From Candidatus Zixiibacteriota bacterium (GTDB lineage Bacteria > Zixibacteria > MSB-5A5 > GN15 > JAAZOE01), in contig JBDREQ010000012.1 of assembly GCA_043819555.1 (NCBI GenBank), positions 1 to 44,651 of the forward strand: 44,651 bases of DNA, in the 5' to 3' direction. Position numbers and translations under genes: made by a program. Each line of letters opens with the position of its first letter. The first letter of the stretch is position 1. Positions 27,548 to 37,716 of this stretch are shown here, one piece after another. The notes below the pieces were generated by a model. The model ran no database searches, was not told where the DNA came from, and worked only from the letters and a program-made list of their open reading frames with translations.

Positions 27548-28704
27548 CGCCGATATTTTTTTACGATTTTTCCGATGGAGTCGCAAACATAATCAATTTC
27601 GCCCGGTTTTATGTCCGGAAACAATGGCAAGGTGATGACTTCCCGGTAAGCCTTATAAGCGCTGGGATAATCTTCTTTTTTCAATTTCAAATGACGGCGG
27701 TAAAATGTCTGCAAAAACAGCGGAATAAAATGAACCGAGGTGCCGATTCCCCGCTGATTTAGCTCATATATAAATCGATCGCGATTGATTTTCAACCGAT
27801 TCAATTTCAGGCGAAGTAGAAATAGATGCCAGGCATGAACCGAATTGCCATTAACATGCGGTAATCGAATCTCATCGAAATTAGTTAAATTCGACATATA
27901 TCTTTGAGCCGCTTGCTCTCTTTTGGTTTGAAAAGATTTGAACTTTTTAAACTGCGCTAACCCCAAAGATGCCGCCAGATCTGACATGTTATATTTATAC
28001 CCCAGATCAAGAAGATCGTATTGCCAGTTGCCGCCTTTAGTGTATCTTTTCCAGGCTCCCTTGCTCATCGCATGGAGCGAAAGGAGTTTTACTTTTTCGG
28101 CGAGCCCTTTATGCTTAGTGGCGACCATACCACCCTCGCCGGTTGTCAAATTTTTTGTGGCATAAAAACTGAAGGCGGTGCCGTCGCCGATGGAACCGAT
28201 TTTTTGACCGTTATATTCCGCCCCGAGAGCGTGGGCCGCGTCATCAAATAGTCTTATTTTTTTGGTTTTGGCAAGCGTTCCAAATTGCTTCATATTAACC
28301 GGTAAACCGGCAATATGAACGGGCAACAGGACAGCGGTTTTTTTTGATACCATTTTGGAAGCCTCATCGGCCTCAATATTCAGCGTCTCATAATTGACAT
28401 CACAATAAATCGGCTTTGCTCCGGTATATAAAATGGCCTCACTCGTGGCGGCAAATGTATACGGAGTCGTAATCACTTCATCGCCGGGACCTATCCCCGA
28501 CGACTTTAGCAATAGATGCATCCCGGCCGTGCAGGAATTAACGGCCGCGGTGTATTTCGCTCCCACGTATCCGGAGATCAATTCTTCAAACTTGTGCGTT
28601 TTCTTCCCGGTTGTCACCCACCCGCTTTTTATCGTATCGGTGACTTCGGCAATCTCAGTTTTATCAAACGACTGCCGGTAAAAGGGCACGTTTTTAATTG
28701 GCAT
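27544..28704 (-). CDS. DegT/DnrJ/EryC1/StrS PLP-dependent sugar aminotransferase
   Basis: VNSCTAGMH, DAAHALG, FSFYATKNLTTGEGG, GYKYNM. Confidence 0.93.
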   Translation of the reverse strand: MPIKNVPFYRQSFDKTEIAEVTDTIKSGWVTTGKKTHKFEELISGYVGAKYTAAVNSCTAGMHLLLKSSGIGPGDEVITTPYTFAATSEAILYTGAKPIYCDVNYETLNIEADEASKMVSKKTAVLLPVHIAGLPVNMKQFGTLAKTKKIRLFDDAAHALGAEYNGQKIGSIGDGTAFSFYATKNLTTGEGGMVATKHKGLAEKVKLLSLHAMSKGAWKRYTKGGNWQYDLLDLGYKYNMSDLAASLGLAQFKKFKSFQTKREQAAQRYMSNLTNFDEIRLPHVNGNSVHAWHLFLLRLKLNRLKINRDRFIYELNQRGIGTSVHFIPLFLQTFYRRHLKLKKEDYPSAYKAYREVITLPLFPDIKPGEIDYVCDSIGKIVKKYRR

Positions 28705-28707
28705 TTA

Positions 28708-29397
28708 TCAATATCCTTTCGGTCCTATCAAAGCAAGATAATGTGTCCGTAACATAGAAAACAGATTAATAAATTTCAATAAGGGAATACCGACGGCGGG
28801 TACTTTTCTTGCCAGGGGCGGAAATACCGTAATTGTTTTTAATTTAACCGGCAAGGGAGCAAATAGCTCATATAATTCTTTTTTACCAATTGCTCGTGTA
28901 TATGGGTTTTTTGGATTATTGTATCTGAAATCGTACCAAAGAATATATCCCCCCGGCTTGAGAACGCGCAACATTTCCTTTATTGCCCGGGCTCGATCCA
29001 AATCTTTGGGAATTGAGGTCATCAAAGTCAACTGGCATACTAAATCATAACTACTTGACATAAACGGCAAATCAAAAACTGACGATGTTATTGCCGTACC
29101 GAGCCTTCCCTTTATCCGCCCCTTAAGCATTCGTTGATGAACAATATCGGTCCCAAAACAATTTTCCGAAATACAGCCAATTTCCACAAACACTTCCGGC
29201 CAGAACAATTCCCCGCATCCGACCTCAAGCAGCATAATCTTGGATAAATCTGGAAAAACTGATGTAACTTGCTTTCTCATTCCACTAAAAAGATTAACAT
29301 AATTAAAATTATTCCCTGGTCTATCAAGTGAATAACGGTCCTCTGCCTCATGTTTGCCCTTATACGGGCGGATATTTGAATTGAAATTATTGGTCAT
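28708..29397 (-). CDS. Class I SAM-dependent methyltransferase
   Basis: LLEVGCG motif I, LPF..SSYDLV, EMLRVLKPGG; start set at ATG 29397. Confidence 0.82.
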   Translation of the reverse strand: MTNNFNSNIRPYKGKHEAEDRYSLDRPGNNFNYVNLFSGMRKQVTSVFPDLSKIMLLEVGCGELFWPEVFVEIGCISENCFGTDIVHQRMLKGRIKGRLGTAITSSVFDLPFMSSSYDLVCQLTLMTSIPKDLDRARAIKEMLRVLKPGGYILWYDFRYNNPKNPYTRAIGKKELYELFAPLPVKLKTITVFPPLARKVPAVGIPLLKFINLFSMLRTHYLALIGPKGY

Positions 29398-30616
29398 TGT
29401 CAACGGTCTTTTGCATAAGATTTGACAACCGATAAGTGATTTTCTCACGTGAAAAATGTTCCACAACGTATTCTCTTCCCCGGCGGCTCATTTCAGAAAG
29501 TTCATCATCAGAAAGATCAAGAAACTTGCTAAATGCAGATGAAATATTATCAACATTTTCGGGATACGCTACGAATCCGCATTTTGCCTTTTCGATATGT
29601 TCTGCCATTTCGCCTTTGACCGCCAGCATAACCGGCAGACCGGCCGCTAAAGCTTCAAAGCATTTGGAAGGCATTGCCGAATCAAACAGTGGTAGATCTC
29701 TTAAAGATATAATTGCAAAATCAGCGGCCCTTAATACCGATGGCATGTCAATCTGGGGCTTGGAATCCAAAAAAACCACATTATCTAAATTCATTTTTCT
29801 GGCATGTTCCAATAGGCTTTTCTTTTCCGCGCCGTTTCCAACGAAGAGAAAATCAATATTCCTATGTCTTAAATTAAACGCGGCCTTCAAGATCTTATCA
29901 AGAGCATGAGCCATGCCATGGGTTCCAGCATAAATTGCCAGACGCCGGTTTTCTTTTTTGTATATAAGTATTTCAGGGTTCGGTTCAATATCTCTTCTGA
30001 ATATCGAATGATCGACACCATTGGTAATTAGCTGGACCTTCTCCTTATCATATCCCATTACCACAACAAAATCTCTTATTCCAGCCGTGACCGCCAATAT
30101 TTTGTCTGATTGATTATAAAAGAGACGTTCTAAATATTGAGCCAACCGGATAATAAAATTATTTTTCAATGCCCCCAGTTCAATTGCGGTCTGGGGCCAC
30201 AGATCTGCTACATTAAAATAAAATGGAATACGACGCAGCCATTTTGATGCCAACCCAATAAAGCCGTTAAAAAGAGGCGGCGATTCGACATAGATAATAT
30301 CATCACGCTTCATAAAAATTGAATATATCGAGGCCGTCACGGCGAAAGTAATATGAATGAGAATTCTCTTTAGAAATCCTTCATTAGGGGCTATAAGGTG
30401 AGGTACTCGGATTATTGTGTATCCATCCTTTTTTTCTTTCATGAATAATTTGCCGAGGTATTGATTGGGCTTAATACCCGAAGGATAATTTGGGAAACCG
30501 GTCAGAACTGTTATTTCATGCCCCATCCCGGCCAGTCTTTTGGCCAGTTCGGATATCCTCCTTTGTGCCGCTCCGACTTCAGGAGGGAAATACAATGTCA
30601 CGAACCGGATTCGCAT
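29387..30616 (-). CDS. Glycosyltransferase family 4 (WbuB-like)
   Basis: YFPPEVGA, TGFPNYPSG, DLWP, YAGTHG.AH, PSKCFEALAAG. Confidence 0.9.
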   Translation of the reverse strand: MRIRFVTLYFPPEVGAAQRRISELAKRLAGMGHEITVLTGFPNYPSGIKPNQYLGKLFMKEKKDGYTIIRVPHLIAPNEGFLKRILIHITFAVTASIYSIFMKRDDIIYVESPPLFNGFIGLASKWLRRIPFYFNVADLWPQTAIELGALKNNFIIRLAQYLERLFYNQSDKILAVTAGIRDFVVVMGYDKEKVQLITNGVDHSIFRRDIEPNPEILIYKKENRRLAIYAGTHGMAHALDKILKAAFNLRHRNIDFLFVGNGAEKKSLLEHARKMNLDNVVFLDSKPQIDMPSVLRAADFAIISLRDLPLFDSAMPSKCFEALAAGLPVMLAVKGEMAEHIEKAKCGFVAYPENVDNISSAFSKFLDLSDDELSEMSRRGREYVVEHFSREKITYRLSNLMQKTVDNDQ

Positions 30617-31680
30617 CTGCCCCCAGTTACCCGCATATAAACTCGCTCCATTTTATCAATTGATTTCGGCCAGCCAAAATTCTTCTGAAAATGTTTCATT
30701 CCCGCTTCGCCCATGCTTTTTCGCATGTCAGCATTATTTCCCAGTTTGACCATCGCGTTGGCTAACGCATTAGAATCGCCCGGTTCAATCAGTATTCCAT
30801 TGATCCCATCGTTGATGATTTCAGGTATACCTCCGACGTTGGTTGCTATTACTGGAAGGCCATACGCCGCTGCCTCAAGAGCCGCGACACCAAATGACTC
30901 CTGATATGAGGGCATTAGCATAATATCCGAACCGGCTATAAGTTCCAAAGCGGTATTTTTCTCAACCCAATCTTTGATTGACACACTATTAGATATATTA
31001 AGATTTTCAGCCAAAATTTCAAGAAATTCCTTTTGTGATCCCCCGCCAATCATAAGCAAATTTGACGGCGGCATTTTTGAGCGGGCTTGAGCATAGGCCT
31101 GCAGCACCATTTCCGGCGCGTAATTTGAAATATATTGTTTTGCAAAAATAAATTTAATACCATTTTTTTTCCACTCGCTACCCGATTTTCGCAACTGAGG
31201 ATTTAAATTAATACTGAAGGGAATATATTCAATTTTGTCCGCGACTGACGATTCCAGTCTAATTGTCTCCTTCAAAAGAAACATACTGCTGGCCGTCACA
31301 ACCCGAGCCTTTCGCAAAGCTCTTTTTGTAATAGGGCCAACCATCAGTTTTTTTCTCAGGGCATCGGCGACATCTGTTCCCCATACCGATACAACCAACG
31401 GAGCGACGTTTTGGAATATTCCCCACAATGCAAATCCTGTAGCATAATGAATGTGAACGATATCGGGATTAAAATTCGAAATTTCTTTTTTGGCCGATGA
31501 AATATTTAGTACATAGGATAATGATGATTTTCCGGGAAGATAAACGGTGTCAAGAGCATTATCACCGCTATCAATACGGCTATTGCTAATCAGGCGAAGA
31601 TGATGTCCTCGCGCTGCAAGCGCCTCACACCAGCGGTCGGTATGCACTGATCCCGCCTGTGCCAGCATAGCAATTTTCAA
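30598..31680 (-). CDS. Glycosyltransferase family 4
   Basis: SVHTDRW, VSVWGTDV, ESFGVAALEA, ATNVGGIPE. Confidence 0.9.
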   Translation of the reverse strand: MKIAMLAQAGSVHTDRWCEALAARGHHLRLISNSRIDSGDNALDTVYLPGKSSLSYVLNISSAKKEISNFNPDIVHIHYATGFALWGIFQNVAPLVVSVWGTDVADALRKKLMVGPITKRALRKARVVTASSMFLLKETIRLESSVADKIEYIPFSINLNPQLRKSGSEWKKNGIKFIFAKQYISNYAPEMVLQAYAQARSKMPPSNLLMIGGGSQKEFLEILAENLNISNSVSIKDWVEKNTALELIAGSDIMLMPSYQESFGVAALEAAAYGLPVIATNVGGIPEIINDGINGILIEPGDSNALANAMVKLGNNADMRKSMGEAGMKHFQKNFGWPKSIDKMERVYMRVTGGRCESGS

Positions 31681-31681
31681 T

Positions 31682-33079
31682 TTAGGAGACCCCTGTTAAT
31701 GGTTTTGCCAACTTCGACTGGCCCGAAGCGATCAATCCAAATGCCAGTGCCATATGATAGCTGTTATTGCCCCAAAACCAGGAACCGGCATAAATAGAGG
31801 ATATCAGGATAACACAGGCAATTACAAACAGCACCAGGGTATCTGCCGATCTGTGATTATCAATCGCCAAAATAAAACTTCTAAATGATAATCGCACCGC
31901 TTTGAAAAAAAAGTAAGCCAATGATAAAAATCCTAAAATTCCTGTTTCAGATAAAGCCGTCATGACAATGGCGTGAGTCGATAAGCCGGATACCATATAA
32001 AAAATCGGATCAAATTTAACCTCCGGCAACCACAAATAAATCTGTGCAAAATTCCCTGGTCCGATTCCCCAAATTGGATTCGCCAGGAATGCTTTTAAGG
32101 CAGCCGTCCATAAGGTAATGCGGAGCAGAATAGTCCCGCTGGCCTGTAATCCGATGCGGCCAAATCGGTATAATATGCCGTCAAGCAAAGGTGTGTAAAT
32201 TAATATTAAAGGAATTACTGCCGCCGTTAGTACCAAAGCGTGAATTAAGTTTTTGCGTGAGATTGCCAGAACCTTCTTAAAACTGTACCGTAAAGAAGAT
32301 AAAATAATTATAACAATCCCAATACCGGCCGTAATGGCAGAGGCCCGAGTCTGGGTTGCGGTCAAAGCTCCTGTAATTAATATTCCGCTAATCGCCCAAA
32401 ATACCCGCTCTCGGATATCAGTTGACCACAAGTAATAAACAAGACATATCAGAATTCCAAGCATGGCATGGTCGCCATAGCCTTTGCCCGCCAGGCCAAA
32501 AGTTCTGATACCCCCTCCTGCGGACAAAAATTGTATTGTAGAAAATAGAGAATTTGCCGCCGCCGCCATCACATACGAGATAAATATATATTTTATTTTT
32601 AGCCGGCGCGAATAATGACATACAGCCATAAATGTCATAAAAAGAAGTATCTGTCGCATTATGAATTTTATGGATAGGGCTGTCGCTCCATTTAGCAAGG
32701 CGGAAAGCACTACAATCAATAGATAGATCAGGTATGGCTTAAATAACAGATTAGGTACTGGCAGGCGCTTTTTCAGAGATAGATCAATGAGATAAGCCAC
32801 TATAAGAATTAGAGCGCAGACATCAGCAGGAAGAAATGTAACTGTAATTTGCATTGGAATAAATAAAAAAGTGCCAATGATTAATAAATATACTACCCAA
32901 AGTCCATTAACCATTAGAATTATAAGGATCGGCAAACATCCAAATGCGATCCCCAAAATCGGTTTCCAGATTAATAGCGCGCTCAGAGGCATAGCATACA
33001 TCATGCCTGCCAGAAATAGCGTCCAATTGGATATGTCAAACTTATTGTACAACGGCAAATAATCAAATTTGGACATCAA
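31682..33079 (-). CDS. O-antigen ligase/polymerase family (Wzy_C) membrane protein
   Basis: About 12 TM segments, TQTRA, R..LW..A...F..NPIWGIGPGNF, HAIVM...ETGILG. Confidence 0.82.
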   Translation of the reverse strand: MMSKFDYLPLYNKFDISNWTLFLAGMMYAMPLSALLIWKPILGIAFGCLPILIILMVNGLWVVYLLIIGTFLFIPMQITVTFLPADVCALILIVAYLIDLSLKKRLPVPNLLFKPYLIYLLIVVLSALLNGATALSIKFIMRQILLFMTFMAVCHYSRRLKIKYIFISYVMAAAANSLFSTIQFLSAGGGIRTFGLAGKGYGDHAMLGILICLVYYLWSTDIRERVFWAISGILITGALTATQTRASAITAGIGIVIIILSSLRYSFKKVLAISRKNLIHALVLTAAVIPLILIYTPLLDGILYRFGRIGLQASGTILLRITLWTAALKAFLANPIWGIGPGNFAQIYLWLPEVKFDPIFYMVSGLSTHAIVMTALSETGILGFLSLAYFFFKAVRLSFRSFILAIDNHRSADTLVLFVIACVILISSIYAGSWFWGNNSYHMALAFGLIASGQSKLAKPLTGVS

Positions 33080-34629
33080 CCAATTATCCTTTTTCCGGTT
33101 ATTTTTATCAATAACGCCCTCAGATCAGGTATCCTGAATATAATGCCGCACACAAAAAATGTTGCAGCCGTGATAGATAATTGTATCAACGTATTCATTA
33201 TTCTTCCCGCCATTCCATCATTCAAAAATATATCCCAATTCGCCACAATTGATGCCACCCAATAAACAACAATAGATACGCCTGCCAATTTCAAAAAATA
33301 ATTCAATATTTTTTTCCAGTCAATCCCCGGCAGTACACGATTCGATAGTGCCACGAGAAATAAAGCCCCTGCGCCGTGGCTTATAGTTGTCGAAAGGGCC
33401 AGACCGACTGCCCCGATATTTTCCACCAAATAATAGGCCAAAATTAATTTTGATATAACCACGAGCGCGACATTTGCCATCAAAATCAAATATACTCGCC
33501 CGGCATAATAAACCCGCGTTATAACCCAGAACAAAAAATGCCCGAGCATCCCTGGAATAAAATACCTCATAACATAAACGGTTTGGTCAATCGAGTTGCT
33601 GTCGAATGCGCCTCGATGAAAAGAAATAACGACAATATCTTCAATGAAAATCCAAAATATTATCATTATCGGAACGGCAATCAGCATGCTCAGTGTTACG
33701 GCGCGATAAAAAATATGGCGGGCGGTATCATATTGTTTCAATTCAAATGATTCGGAAAAATAAGGAAAAATTGCGGTCGCCAGCGCGAAGGCAAAGATGG
33801 ATATTGGCACATTATATAGAACATAAGAATATCCCAGAGCCGAAATTATCCCCCCTTCCATCGATGAAGCAAAAAACCTGTCAACGACCGCGTAGACTTG
33901 AACCGATCCTTCAATTACGAGTATGAACAGAATCGCCGTTAGAAATTGTCCGCTCCCCGTTAGACTATACGAAAATTTCCTTATACCTTGAAGAAACCTG
34001 AGTCTGCGAAATGAAAAATGCAGTACAATAATTTGTGCCAGATATCCTGATATTACCCCATACAATATGGCTTTGGTCGAGTAAGCCTCGGCAAAAAGAA
34101 TAATCGATCCGATTATGATTATATTGGCTATGATCGGGCCGAATGCCGGAATATTAAAATTTTTTTCGTTATTTAACGCCGAGCGGAAAAATGTTTCCAC
34201 ATATGAAAAAACAATAATAACAGTCATAATTCGGGTCAAATAGACCGCTTCTGCTATTTTCCCTTCGTCAAATCCCGGTGCGATTAAATTTAAAAATAGC
34301 GGGCTGAAGGCAAAAATACCGATTGAAATTGCTATACACCCCGATAAGGAATACAAAAATTCGGGCCAGAGAGTTGATATTGGAGCTATATCTGTCCTAT
34401 TTGCAGTCGCTCTACTCATTTGCGGAATAAAGTAATTGGATAACCCGGCAACTAATGTATAAATCGCAAGTGGAATTGATGCCGCTACAAGATAAATGTC
34501 ATATTCAATGCTGGTGCCGAAACGGTAAGCGATTATCATCTCTCGCCCAAATCCGATGACTTTCGAAATCAGAACAAGAATAATAATGCCCACAGTGGCC
34601 CGTTTAATTGTCTGTGCGGGATTAATCAT
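33076..34629 (-). CDS. MurJ/MviN-like MOP-superfamily flippase
   Basis: SKVIGFGREMIIAYRFG, VVDRFFAS, ATAIFP, RGAFD, GLALSTT. Confidence 0.85.
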   Translation of the reverse strand: MINPAQTIKRATVGIIILVLISKVIGFGREMIIAYRFGTSIEYDIYLVAASIPLAIYTLVAGLSNYFIPQMSRATANRTDIAPISTLWPEFLYSLSGCIAISIGIFAFSPLFLNLIAPGFDEGKIAEAVYLTRIMTVIIVFSYVETFFRSALNNEKNFNIPAFGPIIANIIIIGSIILFAEAYSTKAILYGVISGYLAQIIVLHFSFRRLRFLQGIRKFSYSLTGSGQFLTAILFILVIEGSVQVYAVVDRFFASSMEGGIISALGYSYVLYNVPISIFAFALATAIFPYFSESFELKQYDTARHIFYRAVTLSMLIAVPIMIIFWIFIEDIVVISFHRGAFDSNSIDQTVYVMRYFIPGMLGHFLFWVITRVYYAGRVYLILMANVALVVISKLILAYYLVENIGAVGLALSTTISHGAGALFLVALSNRVLPGIDWKKILNYFLKLAGVSIVVYWVASIVANWDIFLNDGMAGRIMNTLIQLSITAATFFVCGIIFRIPDLRALLIKITGKRIIG

Positions 34630-35726
34630 TGGGATTTTTTAAGATAATTATCAATGGCCAACCGAATCACCTGCGACGGTTTTTTGCCATTGATTAAATA
34701 ATTGAAGCGACGACGCGATTTTTTGATTTTTTTCAATGCCATAGATACTCTAGCCGGCGACATATCAACCAGCGTATTGGCTCCTTTTTCAACCGTCTCC
34801 ACCCATTCGGTTTCATTACGCAGAGTCAAACAAGGGCAACCGAGGAAATATGCCTCCTTTTGCATTCCACCTGAATCGGTCAATACTGCTCGCGCGAAAG
34901 CCATCAAACCTAAAAGCTCATGATAGGATACCGGCTCAATTATGCGAAGATTATTTACTTTTTTCAAATCCTGATAGAGTTTGAATTTTCTGAGATTCTT
35001 CACCGTCCGGGGATGTGCCGGAAATAATTTCACACCGCTTATAGCATTCAGGATCTTAATAAAACGGTTCAAGCGTTCAGGGCTGTCGGCGTTTTCCGCG
35101 CGATGCAAGGTAATCAGGAAATACCGATTTTTTTCAATTTTGTGTTTGGCGAAAATTTCTCGATTGCCTTTGATTTTTTTCATTTGCGCATCAAGGATTT
35201 CATACATCAAATCGCCGGAACGAATCAATCCTTTGGACAATCCCTCCCCTAACAAATTTCTCCTTGCTGTCGGTGTCGGGTAAAAAAGCAACTCTGAAAG
35301 ATGGTCGGCAACGCGGCGATTGATTTCTTCCGGCATAGTCGGCACAAACGACCGCAACCCTGCCTCAACATGACCGACGGGAATGTGAAGTTTCGATGCC
35401 GCTAACGCTCCCGCTAAAGTTGTATTGGTATCGCCATAAATCAAAACCATATCGGGACGCTCGCTAAGGAGTAATCTTTCAAATTTCTCAAGAATCTGCC
35501 CGGTCTGCCAGCCATGATTGCCCGATCCGATATTGAGGTTCTTATCCGGTTTTGGAATTTTTAGCTGATCAAAAAAAGCTCCGGATAAATTATAATTGTA
35601 ATGCTGTCCGGAGTGAATAATCAGGTGGTGATAAGCTTCTTGGAGACGCACTGCCAGCGGCGCCAGCTTTATAAACTGCGGGCGAGCGCCAACGAATGAT
35701 ATGATTTTTACTTTTTTTTTACTCAT
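34626..35726 (-). CDS. wecB: UDP-N-acetylglucosamine 2-epimerase, non-hydrolysing (WecB/WbpI-like)
   Basis: GARPQFIK, HSGQHY, GDTNTTLA, HVEAGLRS, TDSGGMQKEA. Confidence 0.92.
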   Translation of the reverse strand: MSKKKVKIISFVGARPQFIKLAPLAVRLQEAYHHLIIHSGQHYNYNLSGAFFDQLKIPKPDKNLNIGSGNHGWQTGQILEKFERLLLSERPDMVLIYGDTNTTLAGALAASKLHIPVGHVEAGLRSFVPTMPEEINRRVADHLSELLFYPTPTARRNLLGEGLSKGLIRSGDLMYEILDAQMKKIKGNREIFAKHKIEKNRYFLITLHRAENADSPERLNRFIKILNAISGVKLFPAHPRTVKNLRKFKLYQDLKKVNNLRIIEPVSYHELLGLMAFARAVLTDSGGMQKEAYFLGCPCLTLRNETEWVETVEKGANTLVDMSPARVSMALKKIKKSRRRFNYLINGKKPSQVIRLAIDNYLKKSQ

Positions 35727-35759
35727 GTAATTTCAAAATCGCAAATATCTGATTTTACA

Positions 35760-36860
35760 CTAATTGAAAAAACTCTTAATGGAATCGACAACTTCCTGTT
35801 GTTCATGCGAAGTCATCTCGCCAAAAATCGGGATCGAAAGTACCGTCTGAGCGGCTTTTTCGCAATTAGGTATATCCCCCTGCTTATAGTTTAAATTCGA
35901 GAAACATTTTTGCAGATGAAATGGAACCGGATAATAAATTTTGCATCCTATTTTCTTGTCTTTCAGCCAGCCGGCCAAATCATCCCGTTTATCACACGCG
36001 ATTGTATATTGATTATATATGTGCCCGGCGCCTTCTTCAACTTTTGGAATATGAATTGGAATGTCCTTGAGCGATTTATCATATACTGACGCATTTTGTC
36101 GGCGTGCTTCCGACCAGCTGGTTAGATGTGGCAGCTTAACCAATAATATTGCCGCCTGCAGAGTATCCAGGCGAGAATTATACCCAACGATTTCATGATG
36201 ATATTCAAATTTGCCTCCATGAACTCTGAGCAGTCTAACCATATCGGCGATATCATCATCATTGGTGACAACCATTCCGCCATCCCCGGCGCAGCCCAGA
36301 TTTTTGGTCGGGAAAAATGAAAAACATCCGGCATCGCCCCAATTTCCGGCTTTACGCTCTTTATATACGCTTCCGATGGCCTGAGCGGCATCCTCGACAA
36401 CTTTAATATTATGCCTCCCGGCAATATCCATTATCGTATCCATCCGGGCACATTGTCCGAACAGGTGAATCGGCAAAATCGCTTTGGTTTTCGGGGAAAT
36501 CGCTTTTTCAATTCTTTCAGGATCGATATTGTAGGTATCAAGATCAATATCTACGAAAACCGGGATCGCTCCAAGACGGCTGATAACTCCAGCCGAAGCG
36601 AAAAATGAGAATGATGAGGTTATAACTTCATCACCCGGGCCAACGCCGCAAGCCTGCAGTGAAAGCAGGAGCGCATCGGTACCCGATGCCACTCCAATAG
36701 CATGTTTGACACCGCAAAATCCGGATACTTTTTCTTCCAGCTGTTTTACTTCCGGTCCGAGAATGTACTGGCCGTGGTCAATTACCCTGGCAACGGCCTC
36801 ATCAATTTCTTTGCGAATCGGCTTAGTCTCTCTTTTTATGTCAAGTAATGGTACAGCCAT
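35760..36860 (-). CDS. DegT/DnrJ family aminotransferase (WbpE-like)
   Basis: SGTDAL, EDAAQAIG, SFFPTKNLG..GDGG, NSRLDTLQAA. Confidence 0.92.
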   Translation of the reverse strand: MAVPLLDIKRETKPIRKEIDEAVARVIDHGQYILGPEVKQLEEKVSGFCGVKHAIGVASGTDALLLSLQACGVGPGDEVITSSFSFFASAGVISRLGAIPVFVDIDLDTYNIDPERIEKAISPKTKAILPIHLFGQCARMDTIMDIAGRHNIKVVEDAAQAIGSVYKERKAGNWGDAGCFSFFPTKNLGCAGDGGMVVTNDDDIADMVRLLRVHGGKFEYHHEIVGYNSRLDTLQAAILLVKLPHLTSWSEARRQNASVYDKSLKDIPIHIPKVEEGAGHIYNQYTIACDKRDDLAGWLKDKKIGCKIYYPVPFHLQKCFSNLNYKQGDIPNCEKAAQTVLSIPIFGEMTSHEQQEVVDSIKSFFN

Positions 36861-36869
36861 GTTTTTTCC

Positions 36870-37628
36870 TTACCCCGGCCAATTTTGATTTTTTAGTAAT
36901 TCCTCTTCTGGTACAGGACCGAAATCTTTCGCCGGGACTCCCGCATATATCCTCCGTGGCGGAACGTCCTTTGTAATTAATGCTCCCGCGGCAACCAAGG
37001 CATCGGCTCCAATTGTCTTGCCCGGAAGAATAGTCGCATTGACGCCAATGCGGGCGCCCTTTTCCGCCATTATCCCCTTGAAGAATTTGAAACGCTTTTC
37101 GGTTCGGCCGACGAAATTATCGTTCGATGTCGCCACACAGGGAGCGATAAAGACGCGATCATCAAGGCGGCTATGAGCGGTGATATATACGTTTGTTTCC
37201 AGCTTGCAATAACGGCCAATTTCGCAGAAATTCTCTATCGCCACACCTCGACCAACGATTGTAAAATCTCCAATCGTGACATTTTCTCTTATTGTGGCCA
37301 GGTCGGCAATCAGAACTTTATTTCCAATCTGCGAGCCGCGATATATTATCGCTCCGGTTCCGATTATGCAATCATTTCCAATTACGCCGGGAACCAACTC
37401 CTCAATGGAAGTTGTGGCTGAATTGGCGGCTTTCATTGGTTCTTTGCCAACGACGGCGTTATCATCAATTCGAACATTATTTCCGATAATCGTTCCGGCA
37501 TGAATGACAATATTATTGCCCAGAACACTACCTTTTCCGATTTTGACATGCCGGCTGATGATGCAATTGATGCCGATCGTCGTTTCGGTTCCGATATTTA
37601 CCGATTTATCAATAAAATTATTATCCAT
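36870..37628 (-). CDS. Hexapeptide-repeat N-acetyltransferase (WbpD-like)
   Basis: Left-handed beta-helix repeats, FIAPCV.TSND, GARIGVNATILPG, YAGVPAK. Confidence 0.88.
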   Translation of the reverse strand: MDNNFIDKSVNIGTETTIGINCIISRHVKIGKGSVLGNNIVIHAGTIIGNNVRIDDNAVVGKEPMKAANSATTSIEELVPGVIGNDCIIGTGAIIYRGSQIGNKVLIADLATIRENVTIGDFTIVGRGVAIENFCEIGRYCKLETNVYITAHSRLDDRVFIAPCVATSNDNFVGRTEKRFKFFKGIMAEKGARIGVNATILPGKTIGADALVAAGALITKDVPPRRIYAGVPAKDFGPVPEEELLKNQNWPG

Positions 37629-37716
37629 GATACTCTCCGAAACATCAATTTTCGACTCAGTTTTGACTACTTAGTTTCACCATGAATACCGCCTTTTTCA
37701 AGCCGTGCCCTCGATA

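Noticed and set aside
37678..37693. ops/JUMPStart-like GGCGGTATTCATG inside the polysaccharide locus
   Set aside because: Mismatch to GGCGGTAG, mid-operon position, no JUMPStart hairpin and no RfaH/UpxY gene in the window
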